Shown here in pieces: positions 36,736-45,661 of a DNA stretch of 64,000 bases. Within the stretch, counting starts at the first letter, position 1. Each line of letters begins with the position of its first letter. The position numbers and the translations under genes were made by a program. Below the pieces are notes generated by a model, which saw nothing but the letters and a program-made list of their open reading frames with translations, was not told where the DNA came from and ran no database searches. The stretch covers positions 1-64,000 of the forward strand of contig JBDHJS010000009.1 of assembly GCA_039586795.1 (NCBI GenBank), read 5' to 3'. Source of the stretch: Gemmatimonadota bacterium (GTDB lineage Bacteria > Gemmatimonadota > Gemmatimonadetes > Palauibacterales > KS3-K002).

Positions 36736-37815
36736 ATGGCAACGCTTAGCGTCAGAACACTACTAGAAGAGATGATCGAGAGAGGCGCGTCAGATCTGCA
36801 TCTTACTGCGGGTGATCGGCCGAAATTGAGAGTCGATGGCGACCTGAATGACGCCAACGTAGACCACGTTCTCATGCCGAAGGACACGCTTCAGCTTACG
36901 TACTCGATCCTGACCGAAAGCCAGAAGAAGCGCTTCGAGCAGGAGGATGAGCTGGATTTCTCCTTTGGGATCCAAAACCTGGCGCGCTTCCGCGGCAATG
37001 CCTATCGGCAGCGCGGATGCGTAGCGCTGGCCATTCGACTCATTCCCTTCAACATCCAGACGTTCGAAGAACTCGGTCTACCATCTATCCTGAAGAAGCT
37101 GGCCGAGCGTCCGCGTGGCTTGGTGCTGGTGACCGGGCCCACCGGCTCCGGTAAATCGACAACGCTGGCCGCGATGGTCGATCATATCAACAAGCTGCGT
37201 AAAGGCCACATCATTACGATCGAGGAACCGATCGAGTTCATCCACCGACATCAAAGCTGCATGATCAACCAGCGCGAAGTGGGAAGTGACACGCAGAGCT
37301 TTTCGAACGCGCTGAAGTACGTCTTGCGGCAGGACCCGGACGTGCTGCTCGTTGGTGAGATGAGAGATCTCGAGACCATCTCCATGACGCTGACCGCAGC
37401 GGAGACGGGACACCTGGCCCTGGCTACGCTGCATACGAACTCGGCAGCCGAGAGCATCAACCGAATCATCGACGTCTTTCCTTCTCACCAGCAATCACAG
37501 GTGCGCGCTCAGCTCTCGTTCGTACTCGAGGGTGTCGTGACGCAGACCCTGCTTCCAAAATCGCGGGGGAAGGGCCGAGCCTGTGCCTGCGAAGTCCTCG
37601 TGGCCACGCCGGCCATCAGGTCGGTGATCAGGGAAGCGAAGATCCAGCAGATCTACGGCCTCATGCAGGCCGGTAAGAAGCACGGAATGCAGACCCTGAA
37701 CGACGCGCTGTACCAGCTCTACCTCGCCAGCGAGGTTACGCTGGAGGAGGCGTTGAAGCGCTCATCCGACCCCAACGAGTTGCTACGGATGGCGGGCGAG
37801 CCGGTTCCGGCCTAG
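36736..37815 (+). CDS. pilT: Type IV pilus retraction ATPase
   Basis: 'ASDLHL', 'GPTGSGKSTT', 'QREVG', 'AAETGHL', 'AIRSVIRE' (AIRNLIRE-like), 'GMQT'. Confidence 0.95.
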   Translation: MATLSVRTLLEEMIERGASDLHLTAGDRPKLRVDGDLNDANVDHVLMPKDTLQLTYSILTESQKKRFEQEDELDFSFGIQNLARFRGNAYRQRGCVALAIRLIPFNIQTFEELGLPSILKKLAERPRGLVLVTGPTGSGKSTTLAAMVDHINKLRKGHIITIEEPIEFIHRHQSCMINQREVGSDTQSFSNALKYVLRQDPDVLLVGEMRDLETISMTLTAAETGHLALATLHTNSAAESINRIIDVFPSHQQSQVRAQLSFVLEGVVTQTLLPKSRGKGRACACEVLVATPAIRSVIREAKIQQIYGLMQAGKKHGMQTLNDALYQLYLASEVTLEEALKRSSDPNELLRMAGEPVPA

Positions 37816-37828
37816 GCGGGAAACAGAG

Positions 37829-39031
37829 ATGCCGATTTTCATTTATAGCGCCAAGACAGTAGGCGGTGAGATCCAAACAGGTAACGTCGATCTGCCCAAC
37901 CGCGAAGCCGTTATCGGCTACTTGCGGCGGCAGCGTCTGATACCTGTTACGGTCCGGGAGAAACCGAAGGATATCAGTTTCACCGTTGGCAAACGCATTC
38001 GGATGAAGGAGATCGTCCACTTCACCCGCCAGTTTGCCACAATGGTGAATTCGGGCTTGCCCCTGGTGCAGTGCCTCGAGATCCTCGCGCAACAGACTGA
38101 AAACAAGTTCTTGGCCGCCACCATCAAAGAAGTACAGGGCGACGTAGAGTCCGGTGCCACACTCGCTGATGCGCTGCGAAATCACCCCAAGGTGTTCAGC
38201 GACCTCTTCGTGAACATGGTGGCAGCTGGTGAGGCCGGCGGTATTCTCGACACGGTGTTGTTGAGACTGTCAGTGTTCCTCGAGAAGAATGAGGCGTTGG
38301 TTCGCAAGGTGAAAGGTGCGATGATCTATCCGGCGGTGATTCTCGCCGTTGCGGTCATCGCGGTAACCGTGCTGCTCGTCTTCGTAATCCCGACATTCGA
38401 GCAGATGTTTGCCAGCGTCGACCTGACGTTGCCGGCTCCGACGCGGCTCGTCATCTGGATGTCAGCCACGTTGCAGGGTTATTGGTGGCTAATGCTCGGA
38501 CTGTCCATCGCTTTTGTCTACGCCATACGCATGTACTACAAGACGTCGGGAGGCCGTCTGGCCCTCGACAAGTTCTTGCTGAGGGTACCCATCCTTGGCG
38601 ACCTGTTGCGGAAGACAGCAGTCGCGCGCTTCACGCGGACGCTCGGTACTCTGCTCGCGTCCGGCGTCTCCATTCTCGATGGTCTCGAGATTACCGCGCG
38701 CACGGCGGGCAATCGCGTGATCCACGATGCCGTGATGCGTAGCCGTTCGTCGATCGCCGGCGGTGAGACCATCGCCGAACCGCTCAGAGAGTCGGGGGTC
38801 TTCCCGCCCATGGTGACCCAGATGATCAATGTGGGCGAGCAGACCGGAACGATCGACGAGATGCTAGACAAGATCGCCGACTTCTATGACGACGAGGTAG
38901 ACACGGCGGTGGAAGCTCTGTTGGCTGCGATGGAGCCGATACTGATCGTCTTTCTCGGTGTCGTCGTTGGCGGCATGATTGTCTCGATGTATCTGCCGAT
39001 CTTCGACATGATCAACGTCGTGGGTCAGTAG
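37829..39031 (+). CDS. pilC: Type IV pilus platform protein (GspF family)
   Basis: 'FTRQFATMVNSGLPL', 'AGEAGGILD', 'GAMIYP', 'GEQTG', 'MYLPIF'. Confidence 0.95.
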   Translation: MPIFIYSAKTVGGEIQTGNVDLPNREAVIGYLRRQRLIPVTVREKPKDISFTVGKRIRMKEIVHFTRQFATMVNSGLPLVQCLEILAQQTENKFLAATIKEVQGDVESGATLADALRNHPKVFSDLFVNMVAAGEAGGILDTVLLRLSVFLEKNEALVRKVKGAMIYPAVILAVAVIAVTVLLVFVIPTFEQMFASVDLTLPAPTRLVIWMSATLQGYWWLMLGLSIAFVYAIRMYYKTSGGRLALDKFLLRVPILGDLLRKTAVARFTRTLGTLLASGVSILDGLEITARTAGNRVIHDAVMRSRSSIAGGETIAEPLRESGVFPPMVTQMINVGEQTGTIDEMLDKIADFYDDEVDTAVEALLAAMEPILIVFLGVVVGGMIVSMYLPIFDMINVVGQ

Positions 39032-39049
39032 TCCCGCGGGGAGTGGTGA

Positions 39050-39083
39050 GGGGTAAGGGCATGTGCGACCGACCCCTTACCCC
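39050..39083 (+). other. Stem-loop after pilC (no U-tract)
   Basis: GGGGTAAGGG / CCCTTACCCC 10-bp inverted repeat. Confidence 0.45.
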
Positions 39084-39109
39084 GTACCCCTTGCCACCTG
39101 CCAACTGCC

Positions 39110-40294
39110 ATGCCTGATCAGATAAACTCACAAGACATCCGCGCCCCCGAGTGCGAGCTCACGGTACTGATGCCATGTCTGAACGAGGCAGAGACGATCG
39201 GAACCTGCGTCGAGAAGGCGATGAGATCCTTGGAGCGCGCCGAGATCGACGGCGAGGTGCTGATCTCAGACAACGGTAGCACGGATGGATCGCAAGAGAT
39301 CGCTGAAAAGCTCGGAGCTCGAGTGATACATGCGTCGGAGCGTGGTTACGGCGCTGCCTTGAAGGCGGGTATCGCGGTAGCGAGAGGCCGATTCGTGATC
39401 ATGGGGGACGCTGACGACAGCTATGATTTCACCGCCCTCGACCCGTTCGTCGAGAAGCTGCGGGAGGGAAACGACCTGGTGATGGGCAACCGCTTCAGAG
39501 GCGGAATAGAGAAAGGCGCCATGCCGTTCCTCCATCGCTATTTCGGCAATCCCGTGTTGAGCTTCCTGGGGCGGCTCTTCTTCAAAGCCCCGGTCGGCGA
39601 CATCTACTGCGGGCTTAGAGGTTTCGATAGGGACGCGATACGCGGGCTCGCCTTGACCGCTTCGGGGATGGAATTCGCCAACGAAATGGTCGTGAAGTCT
39701 ACTCTCCAAGGCCTGCGTATCGCCGAAGTGCCAACGACGCTCTCACCTGATGGTCGTAGCAAGCGTCCGCATCTCCGGACCTGGAGGGACGGATGGCGCA
39801 CGCTCCGGTTCCTGCTGATGTTCAGTCCCCGTTGGTTGTTTCTCTACCCCGGCCTTCTCCTGATGGCAATTGGTCTGGCCTCCATGCTGTGGCTGCTCCC
39901 GGGCACGCGGACGATCGGGAACGTCGGCTTTGACGTAAACACGCTCGTGTACAGTGGTGCGGCGATCATTCTCGGGTTTCAAGCGATAGTGTTCTCGTTG
40001 TTCGCCAAGATCTTTGCGATGGGTGCCGGGTTGCTCCCGGAAGACCCGCGGATGGACAAGCTCCGCAGTCTCTTCACCCTCGAAGTGGGCATCATCGTCG
40101 GACTGCTCGTTCTGTTGGGCGGCTTCGCGGCGTTCGCCTACGCGATCGGATTCTGGGGCAGAGCTTCGTTTGGCGAGCTTGATGTTAGTCAGTCACTTCG
40201 GATCGTAGCACCGTCGGCGACGGCTCTGGTGCTCGGTCTCCAGATCATCTTCTCCAGCTTCTTCATCAGCGTACTGGACCTCAAACGCCGCTAG
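39110..40294 (+). CDS. GT2 glycosyltransferase, polyprenol-phosphate glycosyl synthase (DPM1/GtrB-like) with C-terminal TMs
   Basis: 'MPCLNEAE', 'DNGSTDGS', 'RGYGAAL', DXD 'GDADDSYD', 'GMEFA.EM', 'HLRTWRDGWR'. Confidence 0.88.
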   Translation: MPDQINSQDIRAPECELTVLMPCLNEAETIGTCVEKAMRSLERAEIDGEVLISDNGSTDGSQEIAEKLGARVIHASERGYGAALKAGIAVARGRFVIMGDADDSYDFTALDPFVEKLREGNDLVMGNRFRGGIEKGAMPFLHRYFGNPVLSFLGRLFFKAPVGDIYCGLRGFDRDAIRGLALTASGMEFANEMVVKSTLQGLRIAEVPTTLSPDGRSKRPHLRTWRDGWRTLRFLLMFSPRWLFLYPGLLLMAIGLASMLWLLPGTRTIGNVGFDVNTLVYSGAAIILGFQAIVFSLFAKIFAMGAGLLPEDPRMDKLRSLFTLEVGIIVGLLVLLGGFAAFAYAIGFWGRASFGELDVSQSLRIVAPSATALVLGLQIIFSSFFISVLDLKRR

Positions 40295-40303
40295 AGCTTC
40301 CGG

Positions 40304-42340
40304 TCATTCGGGAGGCTTCACCCTGAAGAGGACCAACGCTCGGTCGTCACGGACGAGCTCCAGGCAGTCGGCCGCGAATCTCTGAAACTCGCTCCAGCCC
40401 AGGCGCTCCGGATCGAGACCCCCTGCCACGACGTAGTACCTGAATGACCCGATCCCCAGCAGCACGTGAGTTATCTCCGGCGTGCCCAAACAACCGCCCT
40501 CGGGTAGGATCGCTGACAACAGCGGCCAGTTCACAGACAGGTTGTCCTGGATCACTCGCGGCTCGAAGTAGTACCCACGCGCATCCCACAACATCAGAAT
40601 CCGGCCATCCGAGCCAACTTCCTGCTTGGTCAGATTCACCATGTCGACGTAAGCGGGGCCGATCCTGCTCGCCATGTAATCGTCTGCTGAGCTCAGTCCG
40701 ACGAAGTGCTGCAGCGCCTGAGACCGGCTCAGGCGATACTGAACCGCAGTTCCCGATGGGATGAGGGCAAGCAGGGTAAAAGAGATCAGCAGAGCGCGTC
40801 CAACCGAAGGCGACAAGTATTTCTCGCTCAGCGCCACGGCTATGTACGCAACGACGATGGTCAGAGCCGGGACGGCTGGTAACAGATAGCGAAGATTAGG
40901 GCTTGGCAAAATCGCGAGCACGATGACCAGGTACGCTATCGCAGGAAAAAGAAGCCAGTTGATGACTCGATTACGTATGAAGAAAAGCCAGAGGGGCAAG
41001 GCGAGGAAGAACGGATTGAGATAGTAGTGAGCTCCTTCGACTTCGATAGAAAGTCGGCCGGGCGCGAAGAAGGCGTCGGGCAGGTTGAACGGTGCCCGCA
41101 ACTCCCATATGAACTCCATGATCCGCGGATCGACGGAAGCTGGCCAGCTGGCCACACCGAATAACGACGTGAGCCATCCGGGAACCAGCGACTCGGCAAA
41201 GAAGGGGTATATAGGCGCGCCTAATAGAATCCAGTTCTTCAGTAGCCACGGAGCTGTCACGGCGGCAAAGCACACTCCGAAGCCGATAGACAGGCGGGCG
41301 GTAGCGGAAACGGTTCCCGATTTCTTGTAAGCGGCCCAAACAGCCAGTGGGCCAAGAGCAAGAGCGTAGGGGATCGCAGATAGTTTTGTCCCTATCGCCA
41401 TTCCCAAGAACGCGGCGGATAGGAAGTACCGATGATTGTCCGCGGTTTCGTCAAGCAGGTCCGAAAGCAAAACGAAACTGGCCAGAAAGACGAACAGCGT
41501 GACAGACAGATCGACGCGAGGAGATATCGCGACCAAGAGCACAGTCGTCGTGCCCCAGAAGAGTCCGAGTACGAGGTGGCCCGTTCTGACGGATAGGTAC
41601 TGGGCGCAGAACGAGTACGATGCAAGCGATAGGAACCCGGCCAAAGCCACGTTCAGGATCGCCGGCCCTGCGTCGCTCCCGATCGCAAGGAGCGGGATGT
41701 AGAGCATGTGAATGAGGCCGATGTGTGACTCGTGCAGATTGTCATCAGGTAGGTGGATCCGACCCAGCTCGAGATACTGCGACGGGATTTGCAGGTGATA
41801 CATGAGCGCGTCCCAATCGACGGGTGGCGCAACCGCGAACAACAACATGGCTGCAACCGCGCCGATCCAGACGGCGATACCGAACCAGGCCAGGCTCTTG
41901 CCGTCGACGCCGGGTCGAATTGAGGCAATCGCCGTGCGGACCCATGCAGGGACCCTGATCAGGTTTTTCCAGCTGAGGCCGCCCAGAGCAACGAGCAAAA
42001 CTGCAATCGTCGTTCTCTGCAGCCCGCCCACCAAACCAACCACGAGCAGTAATGTGGCGATAGAGCCCAGTCCAAGCGCAGCCGCGAATACCAGCGAATC
42101 AATCGGACTCTCTGGAAGCGCTTTGAGGGCGTTCAGAATGGAGTGGCCAACAGCAACACACAGAGCCAGCAGAACGAGTACGGTGACAACGCTGAACGCA
42201 TGGTCAATAACCTGCAGCGGCCCGGTGTAGCTCCCGGCCTGAAGCGAGACGCGGATATGCGCAGCTGTCAGCACCGCAATGAGGAACACCGCCGCAATCA
42301 CAGGCCAGATCGATCGATCAACCAAGCGCTTCAGCTGCAT
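40304..42340 (-). CDS. GT-C fold integral membrane glycosyltransferase (ArnT/PMT-like)
   Basis: Many TMs; 'PPVDWDALMYHL' acidic loop; 'GTK', 'PWLLKNW...G.PIYPF', 'RYLLP'. Confidence 0.7.
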   Translation of the reverse strand: MQLKRLVDRSIWPVIAAVFLIAVLTAAHIRVSLQAGSYTGPLQVIDHAFSVVTVLVLLALCVAVGHSILNALKALPESPIDSLVFAAALGLGSIATLLLVVGLVGGLQRTTIAVLLVALGGLSWKNLIRVPAWVRTAIASIRPGVDGKSLAWFGIAVWIGAVAAMLLFAVAPPVDWDALMYHLQIPSQYLELGRIHLPDDNLHESHIGLIHMLYIPLLAIGSDAGPAILNVALAGFLSLASYSFCAQYLSVRTGHLVLGLFWGTTTVLLVAISPRVDLSVTLFVFLASFVLLSDLLDETADNHRYFLSAAFLGMAIGTKLSAIPYALALGPLAVWAAYKKSGTVSATARLSIGFGVCFAAVTAPWLLKNWILLGAPIYPFFAESLVPGWLTSLFGVASWPASVDPRIMEFIWELRAPFNLPDAFFAPGRLSIEVEGAHYYLNPFFLALPLWLFFIRNRVINWLLFPAIAYLVIVLAILPSPNLRYLLPAVPALTIVVAYIAVALSEKYLSPSVGRALLISFTLLALIPSGTAVQYRLSRSQALQHFVGLSSADDYMASRIGPAYVDMVNLTKQEVGSDGRILMLWDARGYYFEPRVIQDNLSVNWPLLSAILPEGGCLGTPEITHVLLGIGSFRYYVVAGGLDPERLGWSEFQRFAADCLELVRDDRALVLFRVKPPE

Positions 42341-42375
42341 CTCCTCGCCTCGTCATCTCCGCGCCTGCTCGAGTC

Positions 42376-42404
42376 TTGCATTTTGCAATACTCCGGGTTA
42401 TCGT
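42376..42404 (+). promoter_or_regulatory. Possible sigma70 promoter for pilSR
   Basis: TTGCAT-N17-TATCGT. Confidence 0.3.
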
Positions 42405-42507
42405 TGTGACGCGCTAAGTTAGCTGTTTCCGGTCCTCGCGGCCGGTCTTCAAGAGTGCCCCCCCCGCTCGACCACCCTGTCTTGCATCGGCAGTTGGGAT
42501 CAGCGAA

Positions 42508-44289
42508 GTGATGTCGGAATCAAGCCAATCAACGGTAGACAGACCGAAGGCGGCCACAGACGGCGCGTCAGGACCGCAGAAGGGAATTCTGCGTCCCGCG
42601 GGTGACATAGGCCAGAGGTCCGGGCCGCGCCGGGTCGAGTTCGGCGAGCGCGGCCTGGAGATCCTGCGGTGGATCTACATGGCGCGTTTGGGACTCGCCG
42701 GCGGTCTCTTCTCAGCGGCAGTTTTGGCCTGGACAGGGGCCTCGCCCGCACTGACCCTTACGGCCTCTCTCGCGTTGGTCATCACTCTGCTGCATACGGC
42801 GGCGTCATACTGGCTCACTCATATCCGCAAGCGTGCGGTGGGCGAGACGTTCGCGTATGGTCAGGCAATCGTCGACGTGCTCCTCGTCACGCTGATCATC
42901 GACCTTACCGGCGGCCGGTACAGCGTGGTAGCGCCTTTGTACATCCTGCTCATCAGTGCTTACACGCTGATGCTCCCGTTGCGGAGCAGCTTGCTGGTGA
43001 CGGGGCTTGCCTGTATCGCCTTCATAGCGGATGCGGTCTGGATACAGGGTGCACAGGTCGACACCGTTGTCGTCCTACAACTCGCGATCTTCGTTGGTGT
43101 CGCGGTAGTAGTCGGTGTGATCAGCACCAAACTGCGCGAGGCGGGTGCGGCGCTGACGTCGGTGGAAGATGAGCTGCGACAGTTGCGCCTAGAGACCGGC
43201 GACATTCTCGGGAACATACCGACCGCCATCCTGACTGTGGACGCGGAAGGTCGGCTCGTGTACGCGAATCCGGCGGCGGAACGACTGCTCGGGTTCGATG
43301 TCGTGAGCTATTTCGAGAAGCCCGTCATGGAACAGTTGGCGCAACGGTCGGCCGGGCTGCAGAAAGCTCTGGACCGCACCCGTCGATACCGGATACCGGT
43401 AGCCAGCGCTGAGATCAGCGTACATCGCCGTGGGGATGACATACCTGTTGGGATCAGCACTGCGGTGCTGGACCGCCGCGAGGGTACACCCTCGGTTACG
43501 GCGATCATGCGGGACATATCGGATCGTAAACGGATCGAAGGATTGCGGCAGCGAACCGAGCGCCTCGAAGCGGTTGCCGAGCTTTCGGCGTCTCTGGCAC
43601 ATGAGATCAAGAATCCGCTGGCGTCAATCAGCAGCTCGGTTCAGCAAATGGGGTTGAAGGAGAGGGCCGACGAGGATGATCAACTGCTCTCGCGGCTCAT
43701 ACTCAGAGAATCGGATCGCCTTTCCAGGCTTCTGGCAGATTTCATTGACTTCGCTCGCCTTCGCGTAGAGCGCTCCAAGCTTCTGGATCTCAGGGAGGTC
43801 GCCGCGCACGGAGTCCAGGTGGTACGTCGCCACCCCGCGTTTCGCGATGAGATCGAAGTAGAGATCGAGCTCGCCGACGAGCCCGTCTTGTTCGAAGGCG
43901 ACGAAGACCTGATGCACCGTGTGGTAACGAACCTGGTGCTCAACGCCGTCCAGGCTTCTGAGAGCAGTCCGACGCGAATCCTCGTCGAGGTGACGAATGA
44001 GAACTCGGGCTGTGTTCCGGGTGAGGTCGATGTCGAAGAGCCGGTCGTGCTGCGTGTGACTGACGACGGCCCCGGCATCCCGCAGGGCGACCTGGTCCGC
44101 ATCTTCGACCCCTTCTTCACAAAGCGACGTGGTGGAAGCGGTCTCGGCCTGGCGATCGTTCATCGTGCCGTGCGCGAGCACGGAGGCATGATCCTGGTCG
44201 CATCAGATTCGGAGATCGGTACACGTTTCACTGTTTGTCTTCCGAGGAGCGCAACAAACTCCGAAGGAACCGCAGCGGAGGAGCAGTAG
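42508..44289 (+). CDS. pilS: PilS-like sensor histidine kinase (6 TM, PAS, HisKA, HATPase)
   Basis: 'DLTGG..S...LY', PAS 'ANPAAERLLG', 'LAHEIKNPL', 'DDGPGI', 'FDPFFT', 'GSGLGL'. Confidence 0.85.
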   Translation: MMSESSQSTVDRPKAATDGASGPQKGILRPAGDIGQRSGPRRVEFGERGLEILRWIYMARLGLAGGLFSAAVLAWTGASPALTLTASLALVITLLHTAASYWLTHIRKRAVGETFAYGQAIVDVLLVTLIIDLTGGRYSVVAPLYILLISAYTLMLPLRSSLLVTGLACIAFIADAVWIQGAQVDTVVVLQLAIFVGVAVVVGVISTKLREAGAALTSVEDELRQLRLETGDILGNIPTAILTVDAEGRLVYANPAAERLLGFDVVSYFEKPVMEQLAQRSAGLQKALDRTRRYRIPVASAEISVHRRGDDIPVGISTAVLDRREGTPSVTAIMRDISDRKRIEGLRQRTERLEAVAELSASLAHEIKNPLASISSSVQQMGLKERADEDDQLLSRLILRESDRLSRLLADFIDFARLRVERSKLLDLREVAAHGVQVVRRHPAFRDEIEVEIELADEPVLFEGDEDLMHRVVTNLVLNAVQASESSPTRILVEVTNENSGCVPGEVDVEEPVVLRVTDDGPGIPQGDLVRIFDPFFTKRRGGSGLGLAIVHRAVREHGGMILVASDSEIGTRFTVCLPRSATNSEGTAAEEQ

Positions 44290-45656
44290 TGAGCAAGAAC
44301 ACCGCGAAGATTTTGATCGTCGACGACGAGGAAAGCCTGATCGAGTCGTTATCCGTTCTGCTGAAGCGGGAGGGCTTTGATGTCATTACGGCCCTGTCCG
44401 GCACCGAAGGGCTCGAAAAGCTGAGTCAGAACCCGGATGTCGTGTTGACCGACATCCGAATGCCCAGAGTCAGTGGCATAGACGTGCTCGAACAGACGCG
44501 CTCGAAACGACCTGACATCCCGGTCGTCTTGATGACCGCGCAGGCCTCGCTGCAGTCCGCAATACAGGCCGTAAACCAGGGCGCGTACCACTACGTGCAG
44601 AAACCGTTCACGAACGACGAACTGCTCGCGATTCTGCGCAACGCGGCCGACTTCGGCAGGGTGAGAGCCGAGAACCGAACCCTCAAGAGCGAGATCCGGC
44701 GGCGCGACCGCTACGCCCGGGCCAAGCCGATCGGAAAGTGTGCGAACTTCCTCGAAGCGCTAAAGGTCGCCCAGACGGTCGCTCCTACAGAATCGACGGT
44801 GCTGATCCAGGGTGAGAGCGGCACAGGCAAGGAAGTACTGGCTAGATACATCCACGAGCTATCTTCGCGCGCCGATAACTCGTTCCTTAGCATCAATTGT
44901 GGTGCGCTGCCGGAAAGTCTGCTGGAGTCAGAGCTGTTTGGGCACATCAGGGGGAGTTTCACCGGGGCGGTTCGCGACAAAGAGGGGCTCTTCGTGGCTG
45001 CGAACAGTGGAACGCTGTTCCTCGACGAAGTCGGTGAGATGGTTCCTGCCACGCAAGTAAGACTGTTACACGTTCTTCAGCAGCACGAGGTGATCCCCGT
45101 CGGTGCGACCGAGCCGGTTGCGACCGATGTTCGTATAGTCGCCGCCACCAACGCGGACCTCGAAGAGGAGATTCGTCAGGGCGCTTTCCGCAGCGATTTG
45201 TTCTACAGGCTAAACGTGATCGCCATTCACCTGCCGCCTTTGCGCGAACGGCGCGACGACGTGCTGCTTCTGGCGGAGAACTTCTTGAATCGTATCGCCG
45301 ATAACCGCGATACCGAACCGAAGAAGTTGGACGAAGCCGCGCTACAGGCGCTGGTCGAATACGACTGGCCAGGCAACGTTCGCGAGCTCGAGAACGCGCT
45401 CGAGAGAGCCGTGGCGATGACCGATAACGGGGTGATCGGGCGTGACGTGCTGCCCAAGCAGGTCATCGAACGACAGCCGTTGCCGCTGGTCAGCGAGCGG
45501 CTGCCGGCGAACCCGCCCCTCGAGGTAGTCGAGCGCGCCTACATCGAGTGGGTACTGCGCGCCGAGGGCGGCAATAAGACGCGAGCAGCAGAGGTTCTGG
45601 GCATCGACCCCTCGACTCTATATCGCAAGCTCGCCAGGTTCGAGTCGGAGAGCTAG
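44289..45656 (+). CDS. pilR: Sigma54-dependent response regulator (PilR/NtrC family)
   Basis: Receiver domain; 'GESGTGKE', 'GSFTGA', 'WPGNVREL', Fis-type HTH; GTG 44289 overlaps the pilS stop. Confidence 0.85.
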   Translation: MSKNTAKILIVDDEESLIESLSVLLKREGFDVITALSGTEGLEKLSQNPDVVLTDIRMPRVSGIDVLEQTRSKRPDIPVVLMTAQASLQSAIQAVNQGAYHYVQKPFTNDELLAILRNAADFGRVRAENRTLKSEIRRRDRYARAKPIGKCANFLEALKVAQTVAPTESTVLIQGESGTGKEVLARYIHELSSRADNSFLSINCGALPESLLESELFGHIRGSFTGAVRDKEGLFVAANSGTLFLDEVGEMVPATQVRLLHVLQQHEVIPVGATEPVATDVRIVAATNADLEEEIRQGAFRSDLFYRLNVIAIHLPPLRERRDDVLLLAENFLNRIADNRDTEPKKLDEAALQALVEYDWPGNVRELENALERAVAMTDNGVIGRDVLPKQVIERQPLPLVSERLPANPPLEVVERAYIEWVLRAEGGNKTRAAEVLGIDPSTLYRKLARFESES

Positions 45657-45661
45657 GCCGC

